Shown: positions 36,747 to 40,243 of the stretch, one piece after another
Layout of the letters: each line of letters opens with the position of its first letter
How positions within the stretch are numbered: position 1 is the first letter of the stretch
DNA from: Candidatus Yonathbacteria bacterium CG_4_8_14_3_um_filter_46_25
GTDB lineage: Bacteria; Patescibacteriota; Minisyncoccia; Phycocordibacterales; UBA1539
Direction of reading: 5' to 3'
DNA length: 40,243 bases
Assembly (NCBI GenBank): GCA_002788135.1
Contig: PFQT01000031.1
Location: 1-40,243 of the forward strand
The notes under the pieces: model-generated
Database searches by the model: none
The model's input: the letters and a program-made list of their open reading frames with translations, nothing else
Told to the model about the DNA's origin: nothing
Position numbers and translations under genes: made by a program

Positions 36747-37613
36747 ATGAACCAAACAAACGGCAATTCTACCATCGCTTTCTTTGGCACGCCGCAGTTT
36801 GCGACAGTAGTGCTTGATGAGCTCAAAGCCGCGGGGATACTTCCCTCACTTATCATCACCCGGCCAGATAGGCCAAAAGGCAGAAATCTTGTCATGACCT
36901 CGCCGGAAGTTGCCGTGTGGGCATGGGAGAACGGCATCGAATACGTTCAACCGGAAAAGCTCGATCGAAACTTCATCGCCGGTTTGCGCCCGCGCAATTT
37001 CGATCTTTTCCTCATCGTTGCCTACGGCAAGATCGTTCCGAAAGAGATCATTGATATGCCCGCACACGGCACGCTCAATGTCCATCCATCGCTTCTCCCC
37101 CGCCTGCGTGGCGCATCACCAATAGAGTCGGCAATCCTCCTTGAAAATAAAACCGGAACGACAATCATGCACATCGACGAAGAAATGGATCACGGACCAA
37201 TTGTCGCGCAAAAAAAGGTGGTCGTTCCCGAATGGCCACCGCGCGCAAGCGAGCTTGAAGCGATACTCGCCGACGAGAGCGGAAAATTGCTCGCGAAAAC
37301 AATTCCCGCTTGGATAGCCGGAAAGATAACTCCGCGTGCGCAAGAACATGCCAAAGCAACGTATTGCAAAAAGATCGTGAAAGAAGACGGCCTAATCGAT
37401 CTTTCCGACGATCCGGAAAAAAATTATCGAAAAATTCGGGCGTTCGATAAATGGCCTCGGGCACATTTTTTCACCGAACGTCACGGGAAAAAAATTCGCG
37501 TTACCATAACGGACGCGATACTCGCAGACGGAACGCTCGTTGTAAAACGTGTTATCCCCGAAGGGAAACGAGAAATGTCGTACGACGACTTCCTGATCGG
37601 CACATCCGCGTAA
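36747..37613 (+). CDS. fmt: Methionyl-tRNA formyltransferase
   Basis: FFGTPQFA, PDRPKGR, VAYGKI, NVHPSLLPRLRGASPI, MDHGPI. Confidence 0.96.
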   Translation: MNQTNGNSTIAFFGTPQFATVVLDELKAAGILPSLIITRPDRPKGRNLVMTSPEVAVWAWENGIEYVQPEKLDRNFIAGLRPRNFDLFLIVAYGKIVPKEIIDMPAHGTLNVHPSLLPRLRGASPIESAILLENKTGTTIMHIDEEMDHGPIVAQKKVVVPEWPPRASELEAILADESGKLLAKTIPAWIAGKITPRAQEHAKATYCKKIVKEDGLIDLSDDPEKNYRKIRAFDKWPRAHFFTERHGKKIRVTITDAILADGTLVVKRVIPEGKREMSYDDFLIGTSA

Positions 37614-37731
37614 CACCACTCTCTGGCTGTTTGCTCGAAAAAACCAAGTAAGGTAGCATACGCGACAGAGTGGTGTATACGGCTGTTTCCGGAGTTTTTG
37701 GCATACCAAACCTAAAGAAAGGAAGCAAGAA

Positions 37732-38115
37732 ATGCACAGCGGCGCTATGCGGAAAGAAGCAGGAATGCGACATCATGCGCGAGCTTCGTACCGCCAAAAA
37801 TCGGACTCGATAATCGTGCAGACGGCGGAACGGCGCACCACGCGGGAGCGCATCAACAACCGACTGACGATACTCCGATTACGCGAGCGGATGGAGAAAG
37901 AAGAACCGGCGGCGGAATTGACCGGCTTCGTGCTCCACGACATCCGGAAGTTTTTTAAGGATCACCACTTGCCTCTTCTCGAACGGGACTGGAAAGTGAG
38001 CGAAGTGATCGAACTCCTTTCGTGCGAAGAGAAAGGTGCGATCCCTAGCGAGTACAAAGCGATGGTCGACAAGATCATCGAAGACGGCGAGTTTGTCGTC
38101 CGATTCACCTGGTGA
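37732..38115 (+). CDS. Hypothetical protein
   Basis: 127-aa ORF with a purine-rich RBS-like AAGGAAG upstream and a terminator downstream. Confidence 0.6.
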   Translation: MHSGAMRKEAGMRHHARASYRQKSDSIIVQTAERRTTRERINNRLTILRLRERMEKEEPAAELTGFVLHDIRKFFKDHHLPLLERDWKVSEVIELLSCEEKGAIPSEYKAMVDKIIEDGEFVVRFTW

Positions 38116-38116
38116 T

Positions 38117-38165
38117 AAATACCCCGCCCGGCGTTCTCAAAAACAGAACACAGCGCGGGGTATTT
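38117..38165. terminator. Terminator hairpin between convergent genes
   Basis: AAATACCCCGC (38117-38127) pairs with GCGGGGTATTT (38155-38165); inner GTTCT/AGAAC stem; T-run follows. Confidence 0.65.
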
Positions 38166-38208
38166 TTATTGTGCTGTTCCTTGCCCTCGGTCCGTACGTT
38201 TTGTCTCT

Positions 38209-38925
38209 TTAGTAACGCTCCTCAACCGTTACCTGTTCAAGAATAATGTTTTCAAGCGGCCGATCAAACGGCGATCCGGTCGTTTTTATAATTGCTATTT
38301 TGTCTACCACATCCATGCCGGAAATCACTCTTCCAAATACCGGATGCTTGCTTGTAAAAGGTTCTTTGTCCCAATCAAGTAGAATATTATCAGCCATATT
38401 TATGAAAAATTGAGACCCGCCGCTGTTGGGACCCGCGTTTGCCATCGCTATGGTACCGCGCACATTAGACAATCCTTCCACAAATTCATCTTCTATCGCG
38501 TACCCCGGACCGCCCGTCCCCCACTGTGATTGTTTTGAACCGTCCTTGGTAAGTGGATCACCTCCTTGAATCATAAACCCCGCGATCACCCTATGAAATT
38601 TTGTTCCATTGTAAAAACCTTCTTCAGCCAACTTTTTGAAATTACCCGCGGTGATGGGGCTTTTTTCCAAAAATAATTCCACCACAATTTCCCCAAAGTT
38701 TGTTTTCATTGTTACGATCATGTTTTTATCACTTAATGTTAGAGGTGCACTATCATCTGTTGTTACGGTTGATATGAGTGGAATCAATGTATCCACGTCA
38801 ATAATATGCTGTATATAGGCATTTTGCTCTTTGGTGATAGCGCTTGCAAAATTAAGAATATACGCCGTCGTGCCAAACGCGACGAGGAGAAAGATGGCCC
38901 AATGCGCAGTATTGATTCGTTTCAT
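38209..38925 (-). CDS. Cyclophilin-type peptidyl-prolyl isomerase with an N-terminal membrane anchor
   Basis: FYNGTKFHRVIAGFMIQGGDP, GTIAMANAGPNSGGSQFFIN, HPVFGRV; ATG at 38925. Confidence 0.93.
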   Translation of the reverse strand: MKRINTAHWAIFLLVAFGTTAYILNFASAITKEQNAYIQHIIDVDTLIPLISTVTTDDSAPLTLSDKNMIVTMKTNFGEIVVELFLEKSPITAGNFKKLAEEGFYNGTKFHRVIAGFMIQGGDPLTKDGSKQSQWGTGGPGYAIEDEFVEGLSNVRGTIAMANAGPNSGGSQFFINMADNILLDWDKEPFTSKHPVFGRVISGMDVVDKIAIIKTTGSPFDRPLENIILEQVTVEERY

Positions 38926-38932
38926 ATCTCTT

Positions 38933-39310
38933 CTACTCCTCGTTTTCGTCAAATTCTTTTAAAATTCCTTTGAGCTTCGACTCCCCTTTTTTGGTCATCG
39001 TCCGCTCCTTGCCCTTTTCCGAATTGATCTGCCGTGCCGCTTCATCTTTAATCTCGTCGATCGCCGCATAAAGATCATCCTTTTCCGAAACCGCTCGGAG
39101 CAACTTTCCTGCGATGTGCACATTGATCTCCGCACGAAAGACCTCGCCATCCTGATAGTGCTTGCTCGTTTTCCCGATCTCAACATCGGCATACACGCTC
39201 TCCGGATCTGTGACAACGATAAACTTATGAAGCCTATTCACCTTCTCCTCAACATAGGTGTTGATCGCCGGCGTAAGCTTCATATTGGTCGCCTTGATGT
39301 TTATTTTCAT
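38933..39310 (-). CDS. raiA: Ribosome hibernation factor (RaiA/HPF, short form)
   Basis: MKINIKATNMKLTPAI..YVEEK, DLYAAID. Confidence 0.9.
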   Translation of the reverse strand: MKINIKATNMKLTPAINTYVEEKVNRLHKFIVVTDPESVYADVEIGKTSKHYQDGEVFRAEINVHIAGKLLRAVSEKDDLYAAIDEIKDEAARQINSEKGKERTMTKKGESKLKGILKEFDENEE

Positions 39311-39366
39311 ATCCTTTTATTATATCAAAACGAAAAAATACGAACAAGAGGGTACTGGAATTGTTC

Positions 39367-39609
39367 TCAACGCTCTTCCGCTTCGCACGGAAGGTCGACG
39401 GAAAGCACCTTACCCGACGAACGATGCCCGCTTATGATCCGCACTTTCCCCACCGGCACCCCAAAACGCGCCGCCACGATCTCCCGCACGCGTGTATTCG
39501 CACGATTTTGTTCCGCAGGGTCTCTCACTGACAGCAAAAGATCTCCGTTCTTCGCTTCTTCAACTCGTTCTTTTTTCGCCGATGGGTTGACTCGCACCCT
39601 GATATACAT
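39367..39609 (-). CDS. DUF167/YggU-family protein
   Basis: IRVRVNPSAKKE, PAEQNRAN, IISGHRSSGK; ATG at 39609. Confidence 0.88.
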   Translation of the reverse strand: MYIRVRVNPSAKKERVEEAKNGDLLLSVRDPAEQNRANTRVREIVAARFGVPVGKVRIISGHRSSGKVLSVDLPCEAEER

Positions 39610-39633
39610 AGTAACAGTATAAGAAAGTAACAA

Positions 39634-40098
39634 CTATCGCTTCCGCTCGTAGCGACCGATAAGCTCCGCCTGCGCAAGAATGTGCCCGCTCATCGCGCGT
39701 TCAACATCAACCTTTGTTGCACCGACCGGCAGATTAAGTATCGCGTCAAGCGCGTAGAGTTTGAAAAAATATCGATGCTCTCGATCGGGAGGACACGGCC
39801 CGTGATAAGTTGAATTCCCCGCCGTACCGATACCGGCATTGCCATCCGGCTCTTTTCCTTCCGCGATCGCCGTCGTATCGGACGGAATGTTAAACCGCAC
39901 CCAATGATTCCATATGCCATCCGCGCGTACCTGTTTAGGCACATCTGGATCGTCCATGATAAGCGCGAGTGAGCGCGTGTGGGACGACACGCCGGAAATG
40001 CGAAATGTCGGACTTATGTTCTTCCCGTCGCAGGTATGCCGCGCCGGAATTTTTCCGTTATTTTCAAAAGCGTCGCTGGTGAGCATAAGACGTTGCAT
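39634..40098 (-). CDS. YbhB/YbcL-family (PEBP/Raf kinase inhibitor-like) protein
   Basis: HTCDGKNISP, MDDPDVP, HWVRFNIP, YHGPCPP, HRYFFKLYALD. Confidence 0.93.
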   Translation of the reverse strand: MQRLMLTSDAFENNGKIPARHTCDGKNISPTFRISGVSSHTRSLALIMDDPDVPKQVRADGIWNHWVRFNIPSDTTAIAEGKEPDGNAGIGTAGNSTYHGPCPPDREHRYFFKLYALDAILNLPVGATKVDVERAMSGHILAQAELIGRYERKR

Positions 40099-40122
40099 GT
40101 TTCTATTTTACCACAAAAGACG

Positions 40123-40151
40123 TTGCATTTACTCTCACTTATCGGTACAAT
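40123..40151 (+). promoter_or_regulatory. Putative sigma70 promoter of tRNA-Asn
   Basis: TTGCAT (40123-40128), 17 bp, TACAAT (40146-40151), about 28 bp before the tRNA. Confidence 0.55.
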
Positions 40152-40179
40152 ACAAAAGTTCTTTTACAAAAATCTACAT

Positions 40180-40243
40180 TCCGCGGTAGCTCAGTTGGTA
40201 GAGCGCCTCGCTGTTAACGAGGATGTCCCAGGTTCGAGCCCTG
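40180..40243 (+). tRNA. tRNA-Asn (anticodon GTT), 3' end cut off by the window edge
   Basis: TCCGCGG-TAGCTCAGTTGGTAGAGC D-arm, CCTCG-CTGTTAA-CGAGG anticodon arm, CCAGGTTCGAGCCCTG T-arm. Confidence 0.95.

Noticed and set aside
40087..40128. 12-bp direct repeat AAGACGTTGCAT at 40087 and 40117
   Set aside because: There are only two short copies, one overlapping a start codon and the other a -35 box. This is insufficient to call a site.
1..40243. CRISPR array or cas genes
   Set aside because: No regularly spaced repeat-spacer series and no Cas motifs were seen.
1..40243. Alternative genetic code (TGA recoded, as in Gracilibacteria/Absconditabacteria)
   Set aside because: Conserved genes are full length under code 11, and several end at TGA at the expected position (e.g. 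priA, def).

Overview
About 40 kb from a small-genome bacterium using genetic code 11. It is most likely Patescibacteria/CPR (Parcubacteria-like); this is an inference from the degenerate PriA, the compact dcw and mre clusters, and the scarcity of Shine-Dalgarno sites. The window starts with tRNA-Glu(CTC) and ends inside tRNA-Asn(GTT). Directly after tRNA-Glu lies an ~11 kb, visibly AT-richer accessory region with no integrase and two modules. Module 1 (~130-6340) is bracketed by two GC-rich structured elements. It carries an XRE regulator, membrane ORFans, an sce7726-family nuclease-like gene, and a convergent four-gene operon (HigB toxin, HigA-HTH/ImmA-IrrE metallopeptidase, membrane protein, Beta-family protein). 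This is a candidate defence locus. Module 2 (6344-11066) is bounded by an exact 26-bp direct repeat. It encodes an XRE/membrane regulator pair with three related operators, an exported thioredoxin with a Met-rich stalk, DipZ-like CcdA-thioredoxin, MsrB, MsrA and a second exported MsrB lacking two of the four zinc ligands. This is a candidate mobile methionine-sink antioxidant cassette. The rest is mostly core: a voltage-sensor channel lacking the GYG filter, a homopolymer-frameshifted DHODH-like gene, mraZ-rsmH-ftsL-ftsI-murF, lysS, greA, mreB-mreC-(mreD)-mrdA, proS, rseP, frr, holB-like, a second mreB, murA, a helicase-degenerate priA, an IS30 relic, def, fmt, cyclophilin, raiA/hpf, DUF167 and YbhB/YbcL. 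All calls come from motif recognition by eye; no database searches were run.
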